From the IMG/VR virus record IMGVR_UViG_3300032155_000020, positions 1-48,387 of that record: a stretch of 48,387 nt of DNA; one strand, given 5' to 3'. The stretch is from a virus. Taxonomy: Duplodnaviria > Caudoviricetes. The notes beneath the pieces were generated by a model. That model had not been told where the DNA came from, made no database searches, and was given only the letters and a program-made list of their open reading frames with translations. This document shows positions 35,454 to 43,970 of the stretch, piece after piece (position 1 is the first letter of the stretch; each line of letters begins with the position of its first letter). The position numbers and the translations under genes are program-made.

Positions 35454-36577
35454 GGGCGGCGGTGCTGCGGCTGTTTCCGGAGCTGTCCGGCGGGCTGCAC
35501 CTGGACCGGTACGGGCGGGTGGTGGCCATCGCGGACCAGCCCGGCGAGGGCGTGACCTGCGAACGGTTCCGACCGCGCTATGCCGTGGACGTGCAGATCC
35601 TGACGCCGGAGATGGAGCCGGACCCGGCCTTTCCCGTATTTCCGGCGGTGCCGCTGCCGGTGCCCGGCGGGGCAGGGCAGGAGAGCGGCATGTTCGCGTT
35701 TCCGGAGCCGGGCGCGCTGGTGGTGGTGGGCTTTGCCTACGGCAGGCCGGACCATCCCATCATCCGGCAGGTGTACCCCATGGGGGCCAGCCTGCCGTCC
35801 GTGGCCCCGCGCGAATGGCTGGCGCAACAGTCGCCCGCCGTGTTCCAGCGGGCCGACGCGGACGGCAACTGGACCCGCCAGACCGACGCGGCCATCACCG
35901 ACGAATCGCAGGCCCGGCTGGTCCGGGCCATGGAGGCGGTGACCGAGGTTGCGCGCGAAATCCGCCGCGTGTCGGAGCATTCCACCACCGAGGTGGAGGG
36001 CACGTACACGGTGGAGACGGGCGCGGTGCTTACCCTGCTGGCCGGGCTGCGGGCCGACCTTGGCACCCTGGGCGCGCTGAACCTGACCGCCGGGGGCGAT
36101 TCCACCCACACCACGGCGGGCGCGGCCACCGAGACAGTGGGGCGCGACCACGCCAGCACGGTGAAGGGCAGCCGCTACATCACCGTTGCCGGTGGCCGCA
36201 GCGAAGCCGTGCAGGGCGGCCAGCAGACGCAGATCGGCGGCGACAGGACAGAGGCCGTGGGCGGCGACCACGACCAGACCGTGGACGGCAGCAGCACCGA
36301 AAAGGCCGGGGGCGACCGCACCATAGAAGCGGCCAACCTGCGACTGCGGGCGGCGACCATCTCGTGCGTGTCCACGCCCTCCGGATCGGGCAGCGGGGCA
36401 GGGGTAAGCCTGTTCGTGGAACTGCTGGCCTGCCTGGACGAAATCAAGGCGGCGCTCGATGTGCTGGCCGCCCACACCCACCCCACCACGACGGCCATCA
36501 CCGAAGGCGGCGAGGTGGCAACCCACGCATCCCGGCTGGGCACCCACCGGGGGCGCATTGGAGGCATCACGGCGTGA
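35438..36577 (+). CDS. Baseplate spike (gpV/gp5-like beta-helix)
   Basis: LFPEL, FRPRYAVDVQ, GFAYGRPD.P; V.G.....T repeats; terminal HTH metal-binding motif (AHTHP). Confidence 0.8.
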   Translation: MQEAIRAAVLRLFPELSGGLHLDRYGRVVAIADQPGEGVTCERFRPRYAVDVQILTPEMEPDPAFPVFPAVPLPVPGGAGQESGMFAFPEPGALVVVGFAYGRPDHPIIRQVYPMGASLPSVAPREWLAQQSPAVFQRADADGNWTRQTDAAITDESQARLVRAMEAVTEVAREIRRVSEHSTTEVEGTYTVETGAVLTLLAGLRADLGTLGALNLTAGGDSTHTTAGAATETVGRDHASTVKGSRYITVAGGRSEAVQGGQQTQIGGDRTEAVGGDHDQTVDGSSTEKAGGDRTIEAANLRLRAATISCVSTPSGSGSGAGVSLFVELLACLDEIKAALDVLAAHTHPTTTAITEGGEVATHASRLGTHRGRIGGITA

Positions 36578-36594
36578 CGGACCCCGCACCATGC

Positions 36595-36632
36595 AAAACC
36601 GCCCCGTGTCATCGGCTGATGGCACGGGGCGG
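36595..36632 (-). terminator. Terminator between the late operon and module 2
   Basis: CCGCCCCGTGTCATC-GGCT-GATGGCACGGGGCGG with AAAA on its left (U-tract on the minus strand). Confidence 0.7.
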
Positions 36633-36654
36633 CGTCGTTTCAGGGGGCGGAAGG

Positions 36655-37122
36655 CTAGGCCGAGGCAATCACCATGGGCGGCAGCGCCTGCGGCTGGCAG
36701 GGCGGCAGTTCCGACATCACGGTTCGCGCGATGCGGTTGGCCGAGTCGGACAGTTGCAGCATGCGCAGGCCCAGCCATTCAAGGGCCAGCCGGGCGTCGC
36801 GCGGGCGGTCCTTGCCCGCTTCGGCCAGCATGCCCGGCGCGGCGGACAACTGGCGGGCAATGGTGCCCAGCGTGAACGGCGCGAAGTACGGCCCGGCATC
36901 GCCAAGCACCGTGTTGTCGCCGTCCTCGTCGTCAAGGGTGGAGCAAAGGCTGCCGCTGTACTCTGCGGCGCTGTCCTGAAGTGAGCGCAGCAGCCCGAAC
37001 AGTGGCCCCGGTTCGGTGTAGTCGGCCAGATAGCCAAGCTGTACCTCCAGGTCGTCCAGTTCGGACGCAAGTGCGCTGATCCGGCTCGCCACGGCGGGGG
37101 ATATGAGAGGGGTGTGGGACAT
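36655..37122 (-). CDS. Hypothetical helical protein gated by C4-like RNA 2 (paralog of 12838..13431)
   Basis: AGGAG RBS inside the b2 box TCCTAGGA; RLALEWLGLRMLQLSDSANRI matches RLAVDWLAHRAAALSQQAARL. Confidence 0.72.
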   Translation of the reverse strand: MSHTPLISPAVASRISALASELDDLEVQLGYLADYTEPGPLFGLLRSLQDSAAEYSGSLCSTLDDEDGDNTVLGDAGPYFAPFTLGTIARQLSAAPGMLAEAGKDRPRDARLALEWLGLRMLQLSDSANRIARTVMSELPPCQPQALPPMVIASA

Positions 37123-37169
37123 GAGGGACTCCTAGGAACGTTTGTTGATTGGCAGTCTCTGAAAAGAGA

Positions 37170-37247
37170 CTGCCGGGAGCTCAACACCGTCCTAGGGCGG
37201 CGGGCGTATTCCCCTTGCGGGTATTGTATTAGCCGCACTCCCGGCAG
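37170..37247 (-). ncRNA. C4/CI-like phage antisense RNA, copy 2
   Basis: Closing stem CTGCCGGGAG/CTCCCGGCAG; CCC-GCAA-GGG hairpin; b' CCTAGGA and a' GTGTTGAG are complementary to upstream and downstream boxes. Confidence 0.8.
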
Positions 37248-37298
37248 AAAAGTACGTGGAAAGATGCAACCGTGCCATGGGCAACGATGGCGCATGAC

Positions 37299-37401
37299 GG
37301 GCGCAAAAAAAACCACGGCTGACGGGCGTGATGGCCGCCTAGGACTGACAGGTGTGTTGAGCACCTTGTGACAAATTGTCGTAACCGCCCGGCGAAGTCA
37401 A
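37299..37401 (-). promoter_or_regulatory. Promoter plus a1/b1 target leader of C4-like module 2
   Basis: Minus strand TTGACT-17 bp-CAATTT; hairpin AGGTG-CTCAACA-CACCT; TCCTAGG; same GGCGGCCATCACGCCCGTCAGCCGTGG-Tn block as copy 1. Confidence 0.7.
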
Positions 37402-38198
37402 GGGCCGGGGTATTGTTCCAGTTTTAAGAAACGCGCTTGTATTTCTTTGATGTGGCTTTCTAATTCTATGAAGCTCTTGTTTATTAGTGATTCTTTGTTG
37501 TCAAATATGTAATTTTCTTGGTTTTCCATTTGTTCTTTGAAGTTTTTGGCCAATGTAAGATACTTGTTTCGTGCAGGCTCGCCGTCGATAAGTTGTGAAT
37601 CATCGTCAGCATTTATTAGAGCGTTAGTGTAAACTTGTGCATGCTCAATGTATAACCTGAATGAATATCTTAATGCATTCTTGAGTCGTAATATTTTATA
37701 AATGACATCATATGCGTCATCTCCGAGTATTATTCTGAATTCATGCATTCTACTTTCAAATTCTGCAAATATATGTGAAAATTGATTTAATGTTGTGTCT
37801 TTTTTTGATATTGTTTCATATGCAATATCAATAGGCTGAGTGTTTTTATTGTATGGAATTGGTCTTGATTTTTGTATGCTAATTGTCGCTTTAAAAGCAT
37901 CTTTTGATTTATAGTAAAGAAGTATAAAATCCTCAGCTGCTTTTGTTTTTCTCTGCCATGATACTTGCATTTTCCATATCGTAAATCCTGAGAATGCTAC
38001 ATATGCTAACAGTATTGATGAAATAGAGTTTGCAAGTGCTATAGAATCAGATTTTGATAAATTTAGTTTTGTAACAATTAATATGTAAAACGCTACGGTG
38101 GATAGTATTGCTATGTAGTGTTTAGGGAGAATAGGATTCTCACTGTTTTTCCGTTGCTGGTATGTGTCGCGGGTTGTCTGCTTGAACTGGAAGATCAT
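37398..38198 (-). CDS. AT-rich hypothetical membrane-anchored protein (266 aa)
   Basis: Long AT-rich ORF; two N-terminal TM segments followed by WK.Q and a helical domain. Confidence 0.7.
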   Translation of the reverse strand: MIFQFKQTTRDTYQQRKNSENPILPKHYIAILSTVAFYILIVTKLNLSKSDSIALANSISSILLAYVAFSGFTIWKMQVSWQRKTKAAEDFILLYYKSKDAFKATISIQKSRPIPYNKNTQPIDIAYETISKKDTTLNQFSHIFAEFESRMHEFRIILGDDAYDVIYKILRLKNALRYSFRLYIEHAQVYTNALINADDDSQLIDGEPARNKYLTLAKNFKEQMENQENYIFDNKESLINKSFIELESHIKEIQARFLKLEQYPGP

Positions 38199-38265
38199 AT
38201 TAACCGCCTGTAGTTGGAGAGGGGTGTTTTTTGCTTGGCATGTTTGTTCCGAAGGGGCAAGCAGA

Positions 38266-38396
38266 TTGCGTGTCTGTTACACGCGCCGGGCGAGACGATC
38301 TACCTGTCGCTCGCGGGTGGCGACAAGTCCAGCCAGAAGCGTGATATCGTGCTCGCCAAGAAGCTTGTGCGGGAATTGGAGGATAGCCATGACTAA
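38266..38396 (+). pseudogene. 5'-truncated, frameshifted RelE-like addiction-module killer gene
   Basis: LRVCYTRR / ETIYLSLAGGDKSSQKRDI..AKKL resembles the killer-protein C-terminus; N-terminus missing. Confidence 0.7.
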
Positions 38397-38677
38397 AATT
38401 GCCAGATTCGACGCCGCCGAATTCCTCGACAGCGAAGAAGCCATCGCCGAATACCTTTCGGCAGCGCTCGAAGATCCGAACCCGGATGTGTTCCTTGCGG
38501 CTGTTGCCGACGTGGCCAAGGCCCGTGGCATGAGTCAGCTTGCCAAGGATGCAGGCCTTGGCCGTGAGAGTCTGTATAAGGCCCTCGCGCCTGTGCCCAG
38601 CCTCGCTACGGGACCATAGTCAAGCTGCTCGGGCCATGGGCGTTTCGCTTCAGGCCAAGCCCAAGGTGCCCACCTAA
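38389..38677 (+). pseudogene. Addiction-module antidote (HTH) with two apparent 1-bp deletions
   Basis: FDAAEFLDSEEAIAEYL...VAKARGMSQLAKDAGLGRESLYKAL; continuation AQPRYGTIVKLL and AMGVSL lies in shifted frames. Confidence 0.75.
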
Positions 38678-39330
38678 CCATCAAGGCCTTTGCACACCGT
38701 TGCACGGCCACGCGTACTAGCCCACGAACGAATCAGGGCCGGGAGAGTATCCCGGCCCTGTCCATTTTCTCCGGCGCGCCCGTGCCGCGCGGGCAATCGG
38801 CCACCAGGTGGCGCAAGCCGCCGCGCGTCGCCCAGCGTCCCCAGCCCGCCCGCGAAAAACCAGCGCCCCCCGAAAAAATTCACTCCTCCGCCCCAAACCT
38901 TCGGCCTTTTTCGAGCGCGATTGTGCAATCGGCCCACGGGTGCAATCCCCGGCGTGTTCTTTGGGCCGCCTTGGCTATTGCCCATTGTGGCTCATTGCGC
39001 AGTGTGCAACCGAGTGCAAGGTCGTGCAAGCTCATTGCACTGGCGGAGGAGAGGGCGCTTTGGGTAATGGCCCGAAAGGACACGTTTTTCTAAGGGGGCC
39101 TTCATGCGACCTTTGGAGGCTGTATGTGTGCAGCGACGCTAATGTTAGACATGGGATATGGTGAAAAATAGAGGGATATAGAGGGACATTGTTCGCCGGA
39201 TTTCCCCGGACATTAGCCGGATATAACCGGACGGCCTGCACAAAAAACGCTCATTTTGAACAGGCGTTTATTCCGGCGAAAATCTGAAAAAACGACGCCT
39301 AACTTTCAGTCCGGTGTCGTCGCCTTGGGT

Positions 39331-39372
39331 AAACAAAAAGCCTTGGCCTTTTCGGCTGAGGCTTTTTGTTTT
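39331..39372. terminator. Bidirectional terminator downstream of the Mu-like repressor
   Basis: AAACAAAAAGCCTTGGCC-TTTTC-GGCTGAGGCTTTTTGTTTT. Confidence 0.8.
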
Positions 39373-39397
39373 GCTGTTTACTGAGAGCAAAATAGAC

Positions 39398-40072
39398 TCA
39401 TTTTTTGGATTGTTGTTCGTCCAGATATCTACGCAATCCTTCAATATTAACCTCTGGGAACTTTTCTGGAGACTCTAAAGCCCCAGCAGCTTTTAGGGCT
39501 TTTGCCAGCAGCAAGACGCTTGCTGGAGTCAGGTCAGGCATGCTGTCTTTTGATTTTAAAGCTTGTATGGCATCGTCCTTGGCTTTCAGCAGTTCGGCCT
39601 TGGTTTCGCCCATCTCTTTTTTGGCTTCTTCCAGTTCTTCTTCCAGTTCCTCTATATAATCCTTTGCCCAATCAGGCAGTTCGCTCCACCTTTGCCACCA
39701 TTCCTGCGCCCCCTTCATTGTCTTCCTGGCCGCAGTACGCAATCCCTTATGGGGGATGTCTTCAACTCGTTCGAACTTTCTCAGGTCTTTTCCAGTCAGA
39801 TGTGGCCGTTCCTGCGAAGCTTCGACGTCATACATCGGCCCTTCTCCCAGTATAAGCCACCTTGGGTTTGCTCCAGTTGCTCTACAGGCAGCAGAGAGAA
39901 AGTCTACATCGGGAGTCCTCTCCCCTCGTTCATAGCGGCCAATCGTATTTGTGGTAACCCCAAGGAGTTTTGCATATTCACCCTGACTGGTGTTTCCACG
40001 GAGGGCTTTTAGTCGCTCACCAATTCCGTTGCATCCGTTGTTTTCTGTCGCGTGCCCGTCTGTTTCTGACAT
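39398..40072 (-). CDS. XRE-family HTH repressor with coiled-coil C-terminus
   Basis: IGERLKALRG..SQGEYAKLLGV..NTIGRYERGERTP...WLILGEGPM; no S24 peptidase domain visible. Confidence 0.88.
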   Translation of the reverse strand: MSETDGHATENNGCNGIGERLKALRGNTSQGEYAKLLGVTTNTIGRYERGERTPDVDFLSAACRATGANPRWLILGEGPMYDVEASQERPHLTGKDLRKFERVEDIPHKGLRTAARKTMKGAQEWWQRWSELPDWAKDYIEELEEELEEAKKEMGETKAELLKAKDDAIQALKSKDSMPDLTPASVLLLAKALKAAGALESPEKFPEVNIEGLRRYLDEQQSKK

Positions 40073-40104
40073 ATTGCCAACCATTTGTTTTTATTGGCAA
40101 GCAG

Positions 40105-40175
40105 GATAAACCCCAAATGTTTATTCCGTTGCACTCAATTGGGGTTGACATTAAACCCCAATTGTTGTTAATTCA
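40105..40175. promoter_or_regulatory. Mu-like early promoter/operator
   Basis: IR CAATTGGGGTT (40136-40146) / AACCCCAATTG (40154-40164) around TTGACA 40145-40150; extra AAACCCCAAATG at 40108. Confidence 0.65.
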
Positions 40176-40274
40176 TTTTTGAGCGGTGTTACAATCAGTA
40201 ATATGAGGCTCAGAATACCCGGTTGGGTCAAGCCGGTCAATGTCCGGGAAGCCGAAAACTTCGGACGGTAACAG

Positions 40275-40703
40275 ATGCACACCATACAGCTATCACTCTT
40301 TCAAGGCACAACTGCTTCCTTGGCTGGATTAGAGTCAGCCTTGAAAGCGTCAATGGCCTCGATTGTTGCCGCAGGTCCGTTATCCCGAGAGCAAGTATGC
40401 GACCGTATGGAGAGTATAGCTGCAAAAAATGGGGTTCGCATTTGTCCAAATGCCAAGCGCCTCTCGGTTGCACTGTTCGAAAAATGGCTGAATCCCGCAG
40501 AGCGGGAACACATTCCGAGCATAAAGGCAGTCCAAGTTTTTTGCATCGCAATGGAAACTTTTGCTCCGTGGGCCGTTATCTTGGAAGGACTAGGCTTGGG
40601 AATCCTTACGCCAGAAATTAGCCACGTCTACAAAATTGGGCAAGCACAACTGGACCTTGAGTCTGCCCGGAAACGTTTGCGAAATTTGAAGGATAAAGCA
40701 TGA
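40275..40703 (+). CDS. Mu-like early hypothetical / CII-like DNA-binding protein
   Basis: QLSLF, LSREQVCDRM, EKWLNP...H.P...FC. Confidence 0.65.
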   Translation: MHTIQLSLFQGTTASLAGLESALKASMASIVAAGPLSREQVCDRMESIAAKNGVRICPNAKRLSVALFEKWLNPAEREHIPSIKAVQVFCIAMETFAPWAVILEGLGLGILTPEISHVYKIGQAQLDLESARKRLRNLKDKA

Positions 40704-40963
40704 CGCGTACTGAAAGAAAACAAATCTTTGCTGCATGCGGCCTGAAGCGCAAAAACAATAGGTTGCTAATTCGCGCAGCTCTCCTTCATGGCGGCCAGAC
40801 AGAAACCAGCATTGCCCATAAGCTTGGAATTACCCCACAGGCTGTGTGCCGTGTCATTGCTGGACTTGCCCACACTCCAGAAATTCTTATGGCACTCCGC
40901 CAAGCAGGAGTGCCGGAGCAGTATTTATACGACCCCCGGATGGAGTCAGATAATGGAAACTAG
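40700..40963 (+). CDS. Ner/Cro-like HTH protein
   Basis: IRAALL..G.T...IAHKLGITPQAVCRVI.G. Confidence 0.7.
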   Translation: MTRTERKQIFAACGLKRKNNRLLIRAALLHGGQTETSIAHKLGITPQAVCRVIAGLAHTPEILMALRQAGVPEQYLYDPRMESDNGN

Positions 40964-43190
40964 TTATTCGGCTCTGCAACTATCAAAACTCGCCAAGGTT
41001 AATAAGGCGACTATTCACCGGTGGGCAAAGGATGAACTCTGGCCAGGAGCACCACGCAAGGGTGTTAAGGGCGGAGGAATAGAATGGAAATTATCCGATC
41101 TACCACCTAAGCGCCAAAAGCTTTTCCGCACAGCTATCGCTTATCAACTGGCACTTGAAACCGCCAGTAAACAAATTGCAAAGCCAGTAAACATCCGCAA
41201 AGGACAATATCACTCCCTGAACGGTCTGCCTGAGCATGGTCAGAGCAAGGCGGCTGCCAGAGCCTTCATTGTCAATGTCGTCAAGCAAATCCAGCAAGAA
41301 ACAGGCAAGTCGATATCAGATGTCTTGGTCGAATTTGCCCTTCTGTACAAGCAGAGAGAAGCCCCTGTACCCGATTGGGTGTATGAGCACTGCCGCACCG
41401 CCTCCCGCAGTGGAATCCGTGACTGGATGCACAAGATGGAGAAGGAGGGCATGCGCAGGTTAGCCAAACAGCATGAGAAGCGCCGCCCGCGCAACCTCAT
41501 CAGCAATAATGAAAAGCTTCTAACCTTCACGCACGGCATGTTGGAATTGTACCCGCATATCAGCGGCGTTGAACTCCGAAATGCCGCTGTGGATTATTTC
41601 GGGCCGCATGGGAAGCAGCCTGATGCATCCGTACAAATACCTTCCGTCCGGCGCTATCAGGTATGGTTAAAGCAATGGAAGCTGGATAACGAACAGCTTT
41701 ATGCTCATATGCTCAGCCCGGATGCTTGGCGCAGTAAGTACAAGATGGCGCTGGGCAGCGCGGACGCGCATATTATCCGGCTGAATCAGGAATGGCAGGC
41801 CGATTCCACCAAAGCCGACATCATGCTTAATGACGGCAAACGCTATGTTATCGTTGCCTTTATTGATGTTTACAGCCGTCGAGTGTGCTTTTTTGTATCC
41901 CCTTCCAGCACCGCCGCCGCTGTGGCGAGTTGTTTTTACAAGGCCTTGCAGCTCTTTGGCGTACCGGAGATTTTGAAGACGGACAACGGTTCCGACTATG
42001 TAAGCCAGCACATACAGCGTTTACTGGCCAGCCTGGGAATCTTCCACGATGTATGCCCGCCGTTTACGCCCGAAGCAAAGCCGCATGTGGAGCGAGTTTT
42101 CCGCACGCTCAGCCATAGTCTTTTTGAACTGCTGCCCGGCTTCGTGGGGCACAACGTTGCTCAGCGGACGGATATTGAAGCCCGGAACAGCTTTGCCAAC
42201 AGGCTGTTTGACAAGAACTGCCGTGTCGAATTGCCGCTGTCGCTGGATGAATTGAAGACGTTCTTGGATCAGTGGGCCAGCACAATTTACGGTGACAAGC
42301 CACATTCTGGTATTAACGACCAATCACCCAACGCCAGAGCCGCCGCATACACCGGCGAAGTTGCCCGTATCGAAGATGAACGCGCCCTGGACGTGCTGCT
42401 CATGCCTTGCCCCGGCAACGGCGGGATACGCACCGTCACCAAGAAGGGCGTGCGCGTCACCCGGCAACAGCATGGTCTGGCCCTCGGCGGCTACTACATC
42501 GGCACTGACCTTGCGGCCCTGGATACACGTAAGGTTCTCGTCCGCATGTATGAAGGTATGCCGGGCCGCGTCTTCCTGTTTGACCCGCAGACCAGCGAGT
42601 ATCTTGGCAAGGCTGACCATCCCAGTCTCATGGGGCTGACGGATGAAGATGTGCGCCTAGCCGCCATAGCAGCCGGGAAAACTCAGAAGGCGTGGATTAG
42701 TAAACAGCGGGCAGCCATGAAAAAAGCTGCCAAGTTGGAAGGCCTTGCCGAGATTGGCAAAATCCGTCTTGCGGCTGCCCAAGCCCGTCATGAGGCGCTT
42801 CAGCAAAACCAACCTGCCGAAAACACTACTTCCTACACAACCCCACAGCTTGAACAGGCCACGCGTGTTTACACCGGAGATTTCGTCCAGACGACTCCCG
42901 AAGAGCACGCCGAAGCGGTCAAGTACATGGAAAAGTTCGACAAGCCGCAAAACAGCTTTGTCGCGCCTGTCGATGACTATGACGGCGTGCAGGTCTGGAT
43001 GGCCCTGTACCGGGAACTCATGAAAGGCGGGGATGTTGCCGACGAAGCCTTTGCATGGATGGAAAACTACAGGCAGCACAACGGCATTCTGCGCACCTAC
43101 ATTCAAGGCAACGGCATCGACCCGAACAAGAAATTGAAACGGAAAACAAAGACGCCTGTTTTAGCGGAAACAGGCGTCCAGGCGCAATAA
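40953..43190 (+). CDS. Mu-like DDE transposase (MuA-like)
   Basis: N-terminal HTH (IHRWAK...W); WQADST, KTDNGSDY and KPHVERVF DDE triad; Y..KPHSG. Confidence 0.93.
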   Translation: METSYSALQLSKLAKVNKATIHRWAKDELWPGAPRKGVKGGGIEWKLSDLPPKRQKLFRTAIAYQLALETASKQIAKPVNIRKGQYHSLNGLPEHGQSKAAARAFIVNVVKQIQQETGKSISDVLVEFALLYKQREAPVPDWVYEHCRTASRSGIRDWMHKMEKEGMRRLAKQHEKRRPRNLISNNEKLLTFTHGMLELYPHISGVELRNAAVDYFGPHGKQPDASVQIPSVRRYQVWLKQWKLDNEQLYAHMLSPDAWRSKYKMALGSADAHIIRLNQEWQADSTKADIMLNDGKRYVIVAFIDVYSRRVCFFVSPSSTAAAVASCFYKALQLFGVPEILKTDNGSDYVSQHIQRLLASLGIFHDVCPPFTPEAKPHVERVFRTLSHSLFELLPGFVGHNVAQRTDIEARNSFANRLFDKNCRVELPLSLDELKTFLDQWASTIYGDKPHSGINDQSPNARAAAYTGEVARIEDERALDVLLMPCPGNGGIRTVTKKGVRVTRQQHGLALGGYYIGTDLAALDTRKVLVRMYEGMPGRVFLFDPQTSEYLGKADHPSLMGLTDEDVRLAAIAAGKTQKAWISKQRAAMKKAAKLEGLAEIGKIRLAAAQARHEALQQNQPAENTTSYTTPQLEQATRVYTGDFVQTTPEEHAEAVKYMEKFDKPQNSFVAPVDDYDGVQVWMALYRELMKGGDVADEAFAWMENYRQHNGILRTYIQGNGIDPNKKLKRKTKTPVLAETGVQAQ

Positions 43191-43223
43191 GCGCGAAAAC
43201 CAATAACAATTGGAGATTCACGT

Positions 43224-43970
43224 ATGCCACAGGCCATCAAGCAAGTCAATCCGGGCAACAAGGCCATGCTGTTCAACGTGTCCTTGTGTGTCAACACGTT
43301 GGAAAAAGCTATCAGCAGGCTGGACCATCTGCCGGGCATCACGGTCTTTTACGGGCCTTCCGGTTTCGGAAAGTCCACAGCCGCCGCCGTGGCCATGACC
43401 AATCTGGACGCTTACTACGTCCAGGCGCAATCGTCATGGACCCGCAAGGCCGTGCATCTGGCCATTCTCAAAAGCATGGGCATCAACCCGGCGAAAACCG
43501 TTTACGAGATGGGCGACCAGATAGCCACGCAGCTTGTGAACTCGGAGCGTCCGTTGATTATCGACGAGGCCGACCACCTTGTAAACAAGGGCATCATCGA
43601 AACCATACGCGACATCTACGAGGCGTCACAGGCTCCCATCATGTTGATAGGAGAGGAGTTTTTCCCGGCGAACCTGAAGCGGTGGGAACGTTTTCACGGG
43701 CGTATCCTGTCTTGGGCTCCGGCGGCACCTGCCAGCTATGAAGACGCCGCCGCCTTGCGCCAGAAATTCGCTACCAGAGTCTCCATTGCCGACGATCTTC
43801 TGGAACTTGTCCACAGGGAAAGCAAAGGTTCTGTGCGGCGCATTTGCGTCAACTTGGAGCGCATCCAGCAGGTTGCCTTGTCCAATGGGCTCAAAGCAAT
43901 GGATGTGGCCGGATGGGGCAGCAGGGAACTGTACACGGGTGAGGCCCCGTCACGGAGGCTGTCAGTATGA
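43224..43970 (+). CDS. MuB-like AAA+ transposition ATPase
   Basis: GPSGFGKS Walker A; LIIDEAD Walker B; RDIYE; GSVRRI.VNL. Confidence 0.92.
   Translation: MPQAIKQVNPGNKAMLFNVSLCVNTLEKAISRLDHLPGITVFYGPSGFGKSTAAAVAMTNLDAYYVQAQSSWTRKAVHLAILKSMGINPAKTVYEMGDQIATQLVNSERPLIIDEADHLVNKGIIETIRDIYEASQAPIMLIGEEFFPANLKRWERFHGRILSWAPAAPASYEDAAALRQKFATRVSIADDLLELVHRESKGSVRRICVNLERIQQVALSNGLKAMDVAGWGSRELYTGEAPSRRLSV

Larger units (their letters stand above)
1..39051. mobile_element. P2-like (HP1/K139-type) temperate myovirus prophage; right boundary approximate
   Basis: Gene order int-xis-repressor/cro-CII-replication-accessory-ogr-Q-P-O-N-M-L-R-S-sheath-tube-lysis-TAC-TMP-baseplate-fibre. att sites not identifiable because the window starts at the integrase stop codon. 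Confidence 0.93.

Noticed and set aside
36717-37364. Ash-family-like ORF (PGVRLIQYPQGEYARR) and its counterpart 12588..12803
   Set aside because: The equivalent frame in copy 1 is closed by a TAG shortly upstream and the two ORFs use different frames, while base-pairing covaries. Conservation is better explained by the RNA, although a short leader peptide is not excluded.
38678-39120. attR of the P2-like prophage
   Set aside because: attL lies outside the window, so no core repeat can be matched; no tRNA 3' fragment recognised.
43151-43178. IR GACGCCTGTTT/AAACAGGCGTC at the end of the transposase gene
   Set aside because: Likely a simple attenuating hairpin between A and B; nothing suggests an element end.
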